Part shown: positions 29,001 through 37,786 of the stretch, piece by piece
Layout of the letters: each line of letters begins with the position of its first letter
Numbering within the stretch: the stretch's first letter is position 1
Source of the DNA: Candidatus Babeliales bacterium
Lineage (GTDB): Bacteria > Babelota > Babeliae > Babelales > JANWKD01
Direction: 5' to 3'
Assembly: GCA_963762115.1 (NCBI GenBank)
Contig: CAVXJH010000005.1
Location: 43,968 to 107,967 of the forward strand
Length of the DNA stretch: 64,000 bases
Made by a program: the position numbers and the translations under genes
The notes under the pieces: model-generated
The model's input: only the letters and a program-made list of their open reading frames with translations
Told to the model about the DNA's origin: nothing
Database searches by the model: none

Positions 29001-29688
29001 TGTTGATATCGGCATCCAAAATACTGTTTTAAGTTTGTCGCGTTATCTCATCGTTATCGCAGCAATTTTTCTTGGCTTTCAATGGGCAAATTTAGGCTGG
29101 TTACTCATAGGAATTGGTTTAGTAATCGGTAGTATCGGTTACATAGTCAAAGAACCAATAAGTGATTTTATCTCTTATTTTATTATTCTTGTACAACGCC
29201 CTCTTAAAATAGGCGACTTGGTTATGGTAAAAAATAATTTGGGTGTTGTGCGTCACATCACCCCACGATCGGTAATTATTCGTACAAAAAATAGTTATAC
29301 CGTCATCGTTCCCAATGCGACTATTATTAATGAAACAGTACATAATTGGAATTATTCACGAGGATTCATTGCTTTTGATGATATATTTATCACTGTTCCT
29401 TATAGTGCTGATCCACTTTTTGTTAAATCAATTATTGAAAAAGTTCTTGATGCAAATACAGACCTTCTCAAAAGCCCAAAACCCATCATTCGTTTAGAAA
29501 ATTTTGGAGAAAATGGCTATGAATTCTTGTTACGCGGTTTTTTGAGTAGCAATAAAACATTAGAAATTTGGGATATCGCCAGCAATGTTCGTTTGGCATT
29601 AGTACAAGCATTACAAAAAGAAAGTATTTATATTGCTCTACCAACACGCTTGATTATTAATGAACAACAAAGGACGATAAAAGAATAA
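26083..29688 (+). CDS. MscK/KefA-like mechanosensitive channel (MscS family) with long N-terminal coiled-coil
   Basis: 1201 aa. It has a signal sequence, about 550 aa of coiled-coil, about 11 TM helices and an MscS core (PLKIGDLVMVKNNLGVVRHITPRSVIIRTKNSYTVIVPNATIINETVHNW). Confidence 0.8.
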   Translation: MKKYNQLVLAILILMQATHLQGSLFDYFKLAVKKNGPTQAKTRFPLGITEKKEQLQHLQNDLTELQNNQKDFSEKTQINLDQTTAQINEIKQLIKDSPASEAGFLNRIISILNETYQTLFTLQFSSKELLKIIEQHITLLEDFLKDPEFKSLDLKLHSFYTFEELQELSRRIVAQEDKVKRLIEQKNEALVDLDNRKRKINILNKEYQERKKRQEEFSSKSTVPIASNENPELDFRQEGKLLDVEETFYRFEKQLAELKVQEATRKIAFFDTSIALESEKLKLLKAHFARVKESLRIEPKDIKVAKEKLELQKKESLNLRDGFYDAIKKVTIYRDGIIKEIEALKKNYTKIDSNTLGLTDWSVIPKTIDAYTALAELGLKSSQITLLENKIETLKANIENEKIAFKRKEIEVDILTSWYKITRRQFKTTDEIDQELKRYQALVTELSRDEAAAREKTATIQNALAAQNKALSNIKLIIADLKTQRTKLFRGNLPIYNASIARFTLAEKTLEEQIEESNRLLKIYTANLTTIRSTSQELVSIISTLESKSIWQRSEYAISWKGIKNIGNDFSLFFKDIATLGSLYIANFDAQHVTKITAHFGHHLIDLFLLILKILALIFIYFMGKKYLPQASNYFMRFTPTKRWLLLASRTIGVILSFINDYFLSIFCWFALFTLIYFDVIIDLFLQVMFYLLSIIYFIYLINRFIAYIIAFNKEHNSLLFGQQFQKRFSFVFSWFGYLTVILLFFREAFILATYHASEFPTILLATYSIIIRTLIIFSIGKDEIISFIPSRGAVWQAVADFINRYYYPLLIFIIILMIISDSYVGGYGNLVSYVVWGVIGTMILIKLLLVGQDHLKKKASKLFFATDEETIKERFVYAKTWYGLFVVGLFVVFSIIGLILSLRIWGKSTSWQEISYILNYPLYPSSFDVVTGQHIWLTPMTILSLLGFICAGFILAFTINRFVLIRIFQLLPVDIGIQNTVLSLSRYLIVIAAIFLGFQWANLGWLLIGIGLVIGSIGYIVKEPISDFISYFIILVQRPLKIGDLVMVKNNLGVVRHITPRSVIIRTKNSYTVIVPNATIINETVHNWNYSRGFIAFDDIFITVPYSADPLFVKSIIEKVLDANTDLLKSPKPIIRLENFGENGYEFLLRGFLSSNKTLEIWDIASNVRLALVQALQKESIYIALPTRLIINEQQRTIKE

Positions 29689-29907
29689 TTAATGCTTCTT
29701 TTTGCCTTCGGTTAATTCTTTAATTTTTTCAAGCCAACCAAGTTTTATGCAACCGTATAAAATAAGGCACAAGGCACCGCCTATAACAAAAAGATTTAAC
29801 CATCTTTGAAAAAAATTAAAGGCATATAAAAGAATTAAAATACCTGAAACAATACAGATTATACCTTTTTGTGCATCTGATAATGAACGGAAATGAAAAG
29901 CCATCAC
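29689..29907 (-). CDS. small two-helix membrane protein
   Basis: 72-aa ORF with two hydrophobic helices. Its stop abuts the MscK-like stop. Confidence 0.35.
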   Translation of the reverse strand: MMAFHFRSLSDAQKGIICIVSGILILLYAFNFFQRWLNLFVIGGALCLILYGCIKLGWLEKIKELTEGKKKH

Positions 29908-29990
29908 TCACTCCTTTTTTAATAGTTAATTAACTCTTATTTTTTATACTATAAAAGAAGTCAGTAACTATTTTCAATATTCTTACTATG

Positions 29991-31460
29991 TTATTGAAAT
30001 TTTCTCTTGTTTAAAAAAGTAATAAAAGGCTTTGCGCCATTGCGCAGAGTGCGTTCTTGTGTGCTGAAATCAACATGATATAAACCAAATCCTTGATTAT
30101 ACCCATCACACCACTCCCAATTATCCATCAACGTCCAATAATGATAGCCGCGCACATCAAAACCATCTTGAACTGCTTTTGCAACGGCATATAAATGCCT
30201 ATTGATAAACGATTCTTTTATACCATCAGCTTTATCAGCAACACCATTTTCAGTCACATACATCGGTATACCAAGCACTGAACATCGCTCAATTGCTCGA
30301 TACAATCCTTCAGGATACACAACATTACCCTTTTCAGTTATGTGCTCATAAGGGTGTATTGCCACGGCAAAAGGTTGTTTAAATCGATAAAATAATTTAA
30401 GTGATGTATGAGAATAATAATTTATACCAATAAAATCTAATGATTGTTGTGCATGTTTATTTATGCCATCAACAAGAGTGTACCCGGGAAATCCCCACAC
30501 AAATTTTCCTGTTTTAAAATAATTAATCGTAACTTGATTCAAAAGAGTATCAAACAAATGCGCAACTATTTTTTCAAGTGGATGCCAAGCATGATAAGGA
30601 TCCAACGGTTGGATAACATGTGCAAAGCCAATTTGCAATGCTGCATCTTCAGGAGCACGCTTTTTAAATGCCTGATACACGGCAATATGAGCATCCAAAA
30701 AATTGCGCAGCACAACACCAGCTAAAGTTAAATCATGTCTTCCTGGAGGATAATGACCACGAAAAAAACCTTCCAAGGCATACCCAGAAGGTTCATTGAT
30801 CGTCATCCATGTTTTTACGTCATTATGCAAATGTTCAAAAACATACAAAGCAAAACGCACAAAATAAGCGATGTTTTCTACTTTTTCAAAACCACCTTTT
30901 TGCTCAAGCCATTGCGGTGAGGTATGATGCCATAACATAATAATTGGCTTGATACCACGCGCACAAAGCGCTTTTACCAAAGCAAGATAGTGCTCCATAA
31001 CCTTATCATCAAAAACACCTTCTTCTCGTTCTAATTTGCTCCAAGAAATTGAAAATCGATAAGCATCAAAACCACCATCTTGAATTAATTGAATATCATC
31101 TTCCCACCGATTCCAATGATCACATGCATGCCCAACCTTTTGACCATCTTTAATATGACCATCTTCGTTTTCCCATGCAACCCACGTATCAGGAGCAATC
31201 TGATCATCGTAATAATAAGGCCCTTCAAGCTGATATGCTGAGGTTGCAACACCAAACTCAAAATCAAGAGGAAATGCCAACGTAGCAAGAAAATTATCTT
31301 GTTCACTCTTAATTACTGACCAATCCCATCGCAATGGTGATTTAGAAAGTATTTTCACCTTTGTTTGTTGCTTGCAAGTATGCTTATCAGCGGCTTGAAG
31401 AGAGCATGTTTGAAATAAAATAATAGTTAATAATAAAATTTTTTTTGCATAGTTCATCAT
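29991..31460 (-). CDS. glycoside hydrolase family 1 beta-glucosidase with signal peptide
   Basis: The GH1 acid/base motif TINEP and the nucleophile motif YVTENG are present. N-terminal MMNYAKKILLLTIILFQTCSLQA. Confidence 0.9.
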   Translation of the reverse strand: MMNYAKKILLLTIILFQTCSLQAADKHTCKQQTKVKILSKSPLRWDWSVIKSEQDNFLATLAFPLDFEFGVATSAYQLEGPYYYDDQIAPDTWVAWENEDGHIKDGQKVGHACDHWNRWEDDIQLIQDGGFDAYRFSISWSKLEREEGVFDDKVMEHYLALVKALCARGIKPIIMLWHHTSPQWLEQKGGFEKVENIAYFVRFALYVFEHLHNDVKTWMTINEPSGYALEGFFRGHYPPGRHDLTLAGVVLRNFLDAHIAVYQAFKKRAPEDAALQIGFAHVIQPLDPYHAWHPLEKIVAHLFDTLLNQVTINYFKTGKFVWGFPGYTLVDGINKHAQQSLDFIGINYYSHTSLKLFYRFKQPFAVAIHPYEHITEKGNVVYPEGLYRAIERCSVLGIPMYVTENGVADKADGIKESFINRHLYAVAKAVQDGFDVRGYHYWTLMDNWEWCDGYNQGFGLYHVDFSTQERTLRNGAKPFITFLNKRKFQ

Positions 31461-31464
31461 GCTA

Positions 31465-32217
31465 TTATTTTCCTACTGGATCTTCCGAGGGTAAAAATTG
31501 TTCTTTTTTTAAATATTCTTCAAATGCTTTGGGATCTTTAAAAACAAACCCTTTGATTTTTGGGTCAAATTTTTGAGCTCCTTCAACATTTTCCTTTTTA
31601 TCATCAACAAAAATAGTTTGCTTATTTTTTATACATTCTTCATCATTATTACAAAATTCTTTGTTAACCTTTTTGTGAAGTCTTTTATAAAATTTTTTAT
31701 CTGGTTTTTTACCATTGCTCTTGCCAGAAACAAAAAGAATATCAAACAAATCAAAAATTTCTTTCCGCGATTTTTTATGATGCGCCAAAGAGTCTTCGTG
31801 CATATTTGATGCCAATACTATTTTAACACGATTGGCTCGTAATTTTTTTATCAGTGCAATAGTTTCTTGGTTAGGTTTATCACGTATTTCTAAACATTCA
31901 TATAACCCATCATAATATTTTTTCAAATGTGGAAGATCACGAGCTAAACTATCAATCGAAACATCTTCTCCTTGTATGCGTTTCCATAAAACTTGCAAAC
32001 TAGCACTATGCAAATGAATATCAAGAATATTCTGCCAATACAAATTGGCAAAACAACTATTTGCACTATGTTTATCTTGATCCACGACAACATCATGGTA
32101 ATCAAAACGAGCTTCCTTAACCGGTTCTGCTTGATTTGTTTCATCAGCAAAACAAATTAACGAACTAACTGCCAAAAAATTGAACATCAAACTTTTAAAG
32201 CGCTTATTCACTATCAT
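31465..32217 (-). CDS. secreted HAD-superfamily (subfamily IA-like) hydrolase, paralog 1
   Basis: Motif I-like VVVDQDK, motif II IVLASN, motif III GKKPDKKFY, motif IV IFVDDKKENVEGAQ. Has an N-terminal leader. Confidence 0.55.
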   Translation of the reverse strand: MIVNKRFKSLMFNFLAVSSLICFADETNQAEPVKEARFDYHDVVVDQDKHSANSCFANLYWQNILDIHLHSASLQVLWKRIQGEDVSIDSLARDLPHLKKYYDGLYECLEIRDKPNQETIALIKKLRANRVKIVLASNMHEDSLAHHKKSRKEIFDLFDILFVSGKSNGKKPDKKFYKRLHKKVNKEFCNNDEECIKNKQTIFVDDKKENVEGAQKFDPKIKGFVFKDPKAFEEYLKKEQFLPSEDPVGK

Positions 32218-32310
32218 TTTTTTCTTCCATCATGTTTTGATCATATTCTTTTTTAAATTCTTCCGGCGTGACAGCACGAATATTAAGCTCTGATTGTTGC
32301 ACTGCGCTTT

Positions 32311-32928
32311 CTATGATACATAATTCTTGCAAAGCCGCGCAATTCCTATGGAACCTGCAGCGATAGCAAAAGATACTGGAATTAATGCTGATGTTATATA
32401 CTGAACCTTCTTGTGCATCTTCTCTTCTTCAAGATTCTTCTCAAACTCTTCATCTTCTTCATCAACTACTTTTTTTTCAGAAATATACCCTTGATTTTCA
32501 TGCCAAATTAACGAATCAGCAAGTTGCTTAGAATCTGATTTCTCTAGTGCCATAAACCCTTGCTCTAACTTTGTATATAACATTGTCAACGCACTATGAG
32601 CCAAAAGACCTAATCCGCCAATTGCCAGACAATTTTTAATTGAAAAATCTAATCTAGATGACTTAGTGCCAATAAGAGCAGCGCCAAAAAAGGGAAGCGA
32701 TGATAAAGCTCCGCACATAAAATCTTTTTTTATAGTCCCATGCCAGTTAGGCAAACCATGTATTTTCTTTAAAAAGCAACTCGATGCTGTAGCCAAACCT
32801 GCTGCCATCATTGTAGCTACGGGCGCTACATTATGTTTTATAGCCGCACCAGCAGTTTCCATGCCACTTGCCCTATTAAAAACACAAATAGAAACAAATA
32901 GCCATACGATCAATTTTTTATTCTTCAC
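32311..32928 (-). CDS. leader-bearing membrane protein with Gly/Ala-rich helices
   Basis: GTG start with AAGGGGG Shine-Dalgarno. Leader MKNKKLIVWLFVSICVFNRASG|MET. Several Gly/Ala-rich TM segments and an acidic central region. Confidence 0.45.
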   Translation of the reverse strand: MKNKKLIVWLFVSICVFNRASGMETAGAAIKHNVAPVATMMAAGLATASSCFLKKIHGLPNWHGTIKKDFMCGALSSLPFFGAALIGTKSSRLDFSIKNCLAIGGLGLLAHSALTMLYTKLEQGFMALEKSDSKQLADSLIWHENQGYISEKKVVDEEDEEFEKNLEEEKMHKKVQYITSALIPVSFAIAAGSIGIARLCKNYVS

Positions 32929-33007
32929 GATAATAACCCCCTTAAACCATAATTTTGATATAACCTCTATATTCTATTATACCATAAATATTTTTTTTGA
33001 AATGCCC

Positions 33008-33712
33008 CTATTTTTTGCGCATTTTTTGCAATTCAACACAAGATTCTGTATTTCCATGCCTCGTGCACGATCTTTTTTTATTTTGCAAATTCGATCGCCA
33101 ATATTTTTCAGGAAGAGGAAGATAATAACGAGGCCCAATGATTTTCTCTAGAATCCAATATTGTTCTATTTTTTTAGGTTCTTCTTTAGGATATTTTTCT
33201 TGCAATCGTTTATATTTACTTCTAACTGTTTTTACCCGGCATTCCACGTATCGTTTCAAACCATCAACATCTGCCGTTGATTGGCATTCCATTTGTTTTA
33301 ATTTTTTCATTTCGCGTTCTTTTGCTTTTTGTAAACGCTTAGTGCGTTCTTGCACAAGATGCTGCTTAATATCATTAGTGATGCCAGGAAAGTATTTATC
33401 AAGAAACATTGGTACCTTACCAAACGTTAGTGGCGTCTTTTCTTTTTTTTCAATCTGCTGCATAGCTTTTTCTATCTCAGAGAAATAACTCAGTTCTCTT
33501 TCGATTATTTTTTCTGATATAAAACATGCTTCCTCTGTACCTTCAATACATTCCCTGTTCAATGCAACGAGCCCGTATTTTTCAAGTTCAGCTTCGAAAG
33601 CTTCTAGTGTTGCAAATCTTTTTTTACATTCATACATGTCTTCCCATGTTATGCCAAAAGCATTATAAGCAGCTAAACACATAATACTCATCACTAAACA
33701 ATATTTTTTCAC
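33008..33712 (-). CDS. secreted Lys/Glu-rich protein
   Basis: Leader MKKYCLVMSIMCLAAYNAFG. Charged helical body with several Cys. No family recognised. Confidence 0.45.
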   Translation of the reverse strand: MKKYCLVMSIMCLAAYNAFGITWEDMYECKKRFATLEAFEAELEKYGLVALNRECIEGTEEACFISEKIIERELSYFSEIEKAMQQIEKKEKTPLTFGKVPMFLDKYFPGITNDIKQHLVQERTKRLQKAKEREMKKLKQMECQSTADVDGLKRYVECRVKTVRSKYKRLQEKYPKEEPKKIEQYWILEKIIGPRYYLPLPEKYWRSNLQNKKRSCTRHGNTESCVELQKMRKK

Positions 33713-34497
33713 AGAGAACCTTTCACAGGTAAAGTAAATTTTTCAACACAATCTTTTTCTAATGCTTCAACAGAACTAAACAACAAACCTTGCATCTTTA
33801 TTTCAGGTTGCTGCGCAGCACTGACATTTGTATCAATAAGTATTAATTCAGGTGCATCACTAGGTTTATATTTTTCATTAATCATAGAGCGCAGTTCATG
33901 ATAATACTCTTTCTGGAGTTTATGCATTTTTATACCCGAAACAAAAAGCACGTCATCAAACAAATCAAAAATATCTTTATGAATTTGCTTGTTGTAATCA
34001 CAGCTTTCTTTCATCATTGAAGTGGTAAAAACAAGCTTTATACCCTGCAGTTTCAATTTTTTTAATACCTCAATAAGTTCCTCATCAGGTTCTTCTAAAG
34101 TAATAAAATTATAAATTTCATCCTTATATTTTTGTAGTTCTCGAAACTCTTTCAACACAATGCCTACCGATAATTTCTGTCCACGCAATTTTTTATAAGC
34201 AAGCACAAGTGCCACCCGTAACAACATGGGAAATTCACGTTGATGTTTCACCAAAAACACAAATGCTTCACGCGGCTTTTTCCATCGTTTGTTATGAAAA
34301 ACAAGAGCCTCATCAATAACAACAATCTTTGCATGATCCAACTCTTGCACACAAAAAATTGTTTGCGCAACAAACAAAAAAAATAAGAAAAATCTAACAC
34401 ATTCTTTTTTTATCATCATACAATAATCCCTTTTCTCATTAGAAAAGCCCTGGAGGTTATCCAGGGCTTCAATTACTTTTTTATTTTTTACAATCAC
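33709..34497 (-). CDS. secreted HAD-fold paralog 2 (catalytic motif I degenerate)
   Basis: Colinear with 31465..32217: IVVIDEALV, LVFTTS, LILIDTNVSAAQ. The likely start is the internal Met near 34419 (MMIKKECVRFFLFFLF). Confidence 0.5.
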   Translation of the reverse strand: MIVKNKKVIEALDNLQGFSNEKRDYCMMIKKECVRFFLFFLFVAQTIFCVQELDHAKIVVIDEALVFHNKRWKKPREAFVFLVKHQREFPMLLRVALVLAYKKLRGQKLSVGIVLKEFRELQKYKDEIYNFITLEEPDEELIEVLKKLKLQGIKLVFTTSMMKESCDYNKQIHKDIFDLFDDVLFVSGIKMHKLQKEYYHELRSMINEKYKPSDAPELILIDTNVSAAQQPEIKMQGLLFSSVEALEKDCVEKFTLPVKGSL

Positions 34498-34502
34498 TAC
34501 GT

Positions 34503-35258
34503 TTATGCAGCATGCTCAGGCAAGTAACCCAACGCAATAAGATTTTTTTCTAACTTTTCAGCTGAAAGAAACCAAATCGGCCGCACATTATAATCAGCAA
34601 ACTGCGCAGCATCGCAATGTCTTTTATGAGCATCAACATACACATATTCTTGTTTGATAGTAAGATGAGCAAGATCATTCACTACATTGCGCAAACCCAC
34701 AAAAAATTCATTGGAAGGCTTATACCCATGTTCTTCAGAACCATAATAATAAGCATCAAACAAAGCAAATAATTCTGGATACATTTTTTGTAAAAGTCCC
34801 ATAACTTCTTCTGATTTATTCGTTGCCAATACTAAGATAACGCCTTCTTGTTTTAATTTTTTTAGAAGATCGATCATTGCTTGATTTGGCTGATCAAGAG
34901 TCACCAATTCATAAATTTCTTGTTCATATTGAGCTAAATGAGGATACTGTGCAAACATTCCTTTGAGAGAAACTTTATCAGTCATGTGCTTATACAAACA
35001 AACAGCTAAAACTTGCAATCCGCGAGGTATTTCACGCCATGGTTGCTTTGAGAATAATTGACTTATTTTCTTGAGCATTTCAGTTTTCTGTTGTTCAGCC
35101 ATAACATGTTGAAATGACATGACAACAGCTCGCTTGCTTGCTTGCACAACACTTGAATGCATCGTCAAAACTGAAAAAAATAATAAAACTGCTGCAATTT
35201 TTTTACTGTTAATCATAACATTCTCCGCAAAAATAGAAGGGTAAAATTTTTTGCTCAT
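34503..35258 (-). CDS. secreted HAD-fold paralog 3 (catalytic Asp residues absent)
   Basis: AVVMSFQHV occupies the motif I position. Also LVLATN, GYKPSNEFF and YVYVDAHKRHCDAAQ. The likely start is near 35216 (MINSKKIAAVLLFFSVL). Confidence 0.5.
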   Translation of the reverse strand: MSKKFYPSIFAENVMINSKKIAAVLLFFSVLTMHSSVVQASKRAVVMSFQHVMAEQQKTEMLKKISQLFSKQPWREIPRGLQVLAVCLYKHMTDKVSLKGMFAQYPHLAQYEQEIYELVTLDQPNQAMIDLLKKLKQEGVILVLATNKSEEVMGLLQKMYPELFALFDAYYYGSEEHGYKPSNEFFVGLRNVVNDLAHLTIKQEYVYVDAHKRHCDAAQFADYNVRPIWFLSAEKLEKNLIALGYLPEHAA

Positions 35259-35291
35259 TATGGCATTTTATGAAAAAAAAGTCGAACTGAA

Positions 35292-35335
35292 AGTCTCTTA
35301 TTTCAAAATAGAGCAAGTTATTGAAATAAGAGACT
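35292..35335 (-). terminator. 15-bp stem hairpin downstream of 35385..35930
   Basis: AGTCTCTTATTTCAA-14 nt-TTGAAATAAGAGACT. On the reverse strand a T-run follows after a short spacer. Confidence 0.6.
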
Positions 35336-35384
35336 ATTATTTACGGCGTTATTTCATTTTCTACTGATTTTTTGAAATAACAAA

Positions 35385-35930
35385 TTAAACTACTGATTCA
35401 TCTTGGCTTACTTGAAAATGCATTGATTGCCTTTGTTTTTCTGCTTGTCGCCCGCGAACCCAATTTGTTATGGCCGCACCACAGCCATAGGTGCAAACCC
35501 CTAACGCACAAATGCCAAGTCCAACGGTTGTTCCTGCCATTATTGGCGTTGCATGATCATTATCATCAGTTTTATAATCATCAACAAGAAGTACTGTTGC
35601 CCATTCTCCTAGACCAGCTGCTATTGTTGTGCCAACACATAAGCCTGTCGTACAAAGACCAGAAAAAATTTTGCAACCCAATGACATTGACGGCAATTCT
35701 TGCTTAGGTTTTTTAACCTTTTTTAAATAAATATGGGCGCCATGTTCTAACCCACTGTTAAGCTTATATTGATCATCAATAACTACTTCAAAAAGTTGAC
35801 CTTTTTCCCCATCATCTTCTTGCATAGCAAAAGTTGTTGTTATAGAGAAAAATGCACACATCAAGCCACCAAAAAATACCATTTTCATAAAATTCACTCT
35901 TTTTGTTATGAGAAAATAAAAGACAAGCAC
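35385..35930 (-). CDS. leader-bearing membrane protein with Gly/Cys-rich helices
   Basis: The likely start is the ATG at 35888: MKMVFFGGLMCAFFSITTTFA|MQEDD. Later segments GLCTTGLCVGTTIAAGLG and TVGLGICALGVCTYGCGAAI. Confidence 0.5.
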   Translation of the reverse strand: MLVFYFLITKRVNFMKMVFFGGLMCAFFSITTTFAMQEDDGEKGQLFEVVIDDQYKLNSGLEHGAHIYLKKVKKPKQELPSMSLGCKIFSGLCTTGLCVGTTIAAGLGEWATVLLVDDYKTDDNDHATPIMAGTTVGLGICALGVCTYGCGAAITNWVRGRQAEKQRQSMHFQVSQDESVV

Positions 35931-35968
35931 ACCTTACTATTTTGAACAAATCTATGCAATGGTTTTTT

Positions 35969-37678
35969 TTACTGTTCTTCAGTTCCGAACGTAAATGCAT
36001 AAGCTGAAACTCCTGAAGGCATAAGAAGACTCAATGTATGTCGCCCGTTATCACCACGCAAATCAAGAATATCATACATGCGCGCTTCGTGAACAAGGAT
36101 TTCTCCCTGCTCATTCATATCAACAGAATGATAGTTGTGTGCTACTTCTTCATTATCAAACATCACATGAACAGCACGAGGCTCATCAGATTGCATCACA
36201 AGATACACACGATTAGCAATAAAATTAAGATCCATTCTGCTCATGTCACCCTCAGATTTAATATATTCAGGAGTAACATACCATGCTCCCTTAAGACCAA
36301 TATAATCATTGGCAAGAGGCTCTTGATAGGAATAATCGATCTTTTGATTTTGCTGAATTGCTGGTGATGTTTGATACTGCTGAGCTCGCGCAAAGCCAAG
36401 ATATAATTCCGGCGTTTGTGCTTTTCTGAGTTGTATTGGTGTTTCTACCATACCTTTTGCACCAAGTCCTAATAAGGCACGGATTGCATTTTCAGTTTCT
36501 TGATAACCACCTTCGCCAAAATGGCGTTCTTTAATAGCACCTTGTTGATCAATTAAATAATGAGCCGGCCAATAGCGATTATTATAAGCGCGCCACGTTT
36601 CATAATTACTATCAAGAGCAACAGGATATTCTATGCCAAATCTCTTTACGGCATCTTGCACATTTTTTATATTTTTTTCAAAAGCAAATTCTGGCGTGTG
36701 AACACCCACTAAAACAAAACCTTTATCTTTATAATCTGCATACCATTGTTTTAAAACGGGCAAAGTACGCACACAGTTAATACAACTATAGGTCCAAAAA
36801 TCAACTAAAATGACTTTGCCACGCAATGTTGTCAGCGACAGCGGCTCGGTATTAATCCAATCCGCAATACCAACAAAATCAGGTGCTTGAGATTCAAGAA
36901 TCCCTCCCAAAGGGTTATTCACCTCTTTTATTACCACTTTCTCTAACTCCTTTTTAATTAAACTAGTATCTTCAAACGTAATCATAGGAAAATAGTTAAG
37001 AGTAAATTGTTGCAAAATAACATCCACATGAAAGGCAATGGCAAGTGCAGCAAAGATCATCAATAAGCCAAAACATTTTCGAATAATTTCTGCATAGGTA
37101 CTCACCATCCTTGCTGAAGAGACAATTTTACTGCCGCCATAAGCAATTAAAAACATAGGCAATGCAGCGCCTAAACTATACATCAGCGTAATCAAAACAG
37201 CAGCACTGGTTATAGCACGTGTTGCCGCCAACGTAGAAATTGCTGCTAAAATTGGCCCTGCACATGGCGTCCAGATCAAACCAAGCGCAATACCCAATAC
37301 AATACCACTCAAAAATCCAGAACCGACTAACGATGATTTGCCTTGTATAACATTGCCAATCCGCGCAATTCCTGAAAAATAGCGCACGAGCATTTGTTCA
37401 AATCGAGGAAAAAAAAGTGTACAGCCAAAAAAAATCATGATAACAATAGCCGCATACCGTAAAAAATCTGGGGAAATGCCAAATGCATGTGCAAGACTTG
37501 TCAAAGTAAGCGTAAAAAATGCAAAGCTCACCGTAAATCCAAGAATTACACCAATTGGTCTAAAACGCCCTGAACCAACACCACTTGCCAATAACAAGGG
37601 CAAAATGGGCAAAATGCATGGCGAAAGCACGGTAACTAACCCAGCAAGAAAAGAAAAAAATAATAAAATGATCATCAT
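35969..37678 (-). CDS. DipZ-like protein: CcdA/DsbD transmembrane domain + thioredoxin-like domain + C-terminal beta domain
   Basis: TM-embedded Cys motifs LSPCILP and WTPCAGP. Thioredoxin fold with WTYSCINCVRTLP (CxxC). The overall order matches DipZ/CcdA-TlpA fusions. Confidence 0.75.
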   Translation of the reverse strand: MMIILLFFSFLAGLVTVLSPCILPILPLLLASGVGSGRFRPIGVILGFTVSFAFFTLTLTSLAHAFGISPDFLRYAAIVIMIFFGCTLFFPRFEQMLVRYFSGIARIGNVIQGKSSLVGSGFLSGIVLGIALGLIWTPCAGPILAAISTLAATRAITSAAVLITLMYSLGAALPMFLIAYGGSKIVSSARMVSTYAEIIRKCFGLLMIFAALAIAFHVDVILQQFTLNYFPMITFEDTSLIKKELEKVVIKEVNNPLGGILESQAPDFVGIADWINTEPLSLTTLRGKVILVDFWTYSCINCVRTLPVLKQWYADYKDKGFVLVGVHTPEFAFEKNIKNVQDAVKRFGIEYPVALDSNYETWRAYNNRYWPAHYLIDQQGAIKERHFGEGGYQETENAIRALLGLGAKGMVETPIQLRKAQTPELYLGFARAQQYQTSPAIQQNQKIDYSYQEPLANDYIGLKGAWYVTPEYIKSEGDMSRMDLNFIANRVYLVMQSDEPRAVHVMFDNEEVAHNYHSVDMNEQGEILVHEARMYDILDLRGDNGRHTLSLLMPSGVSAYAFTFGTEEQ

Positions 37679-37742
37679 ATACCCCTTATCATAGATTATA
37701 CATTCTTATCAATTCTCCATCATTTTCAAATAAATAATCAAT

Positions 37743-37768
37743 ATTTATCTGCAGCATTTATCTGCAGC
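37743..37768. repeat. perfect tandem duplication of a 13-mer (ATTTATCTGCAGC x2) in a divergent promoter region
   Basis: Read directly at 37743..37755 and 37756..37768. It lies between 35969..37678 (-) and 37787..39022 (+). Confidence 0.8.
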
Positions 37769-37786
37769 GCAAAAAACATTTCTATT

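Noticed and set aside
32666-33151. 161-aa + strand ORF spanning the end of 32311..32928 and the start of 33008..33712 in antisense
   Set aside because: It is antisense to two better-supported leader-bearing genes and crosses their intergenic region. Its composition is typical of an AT-rich antisense read-through.
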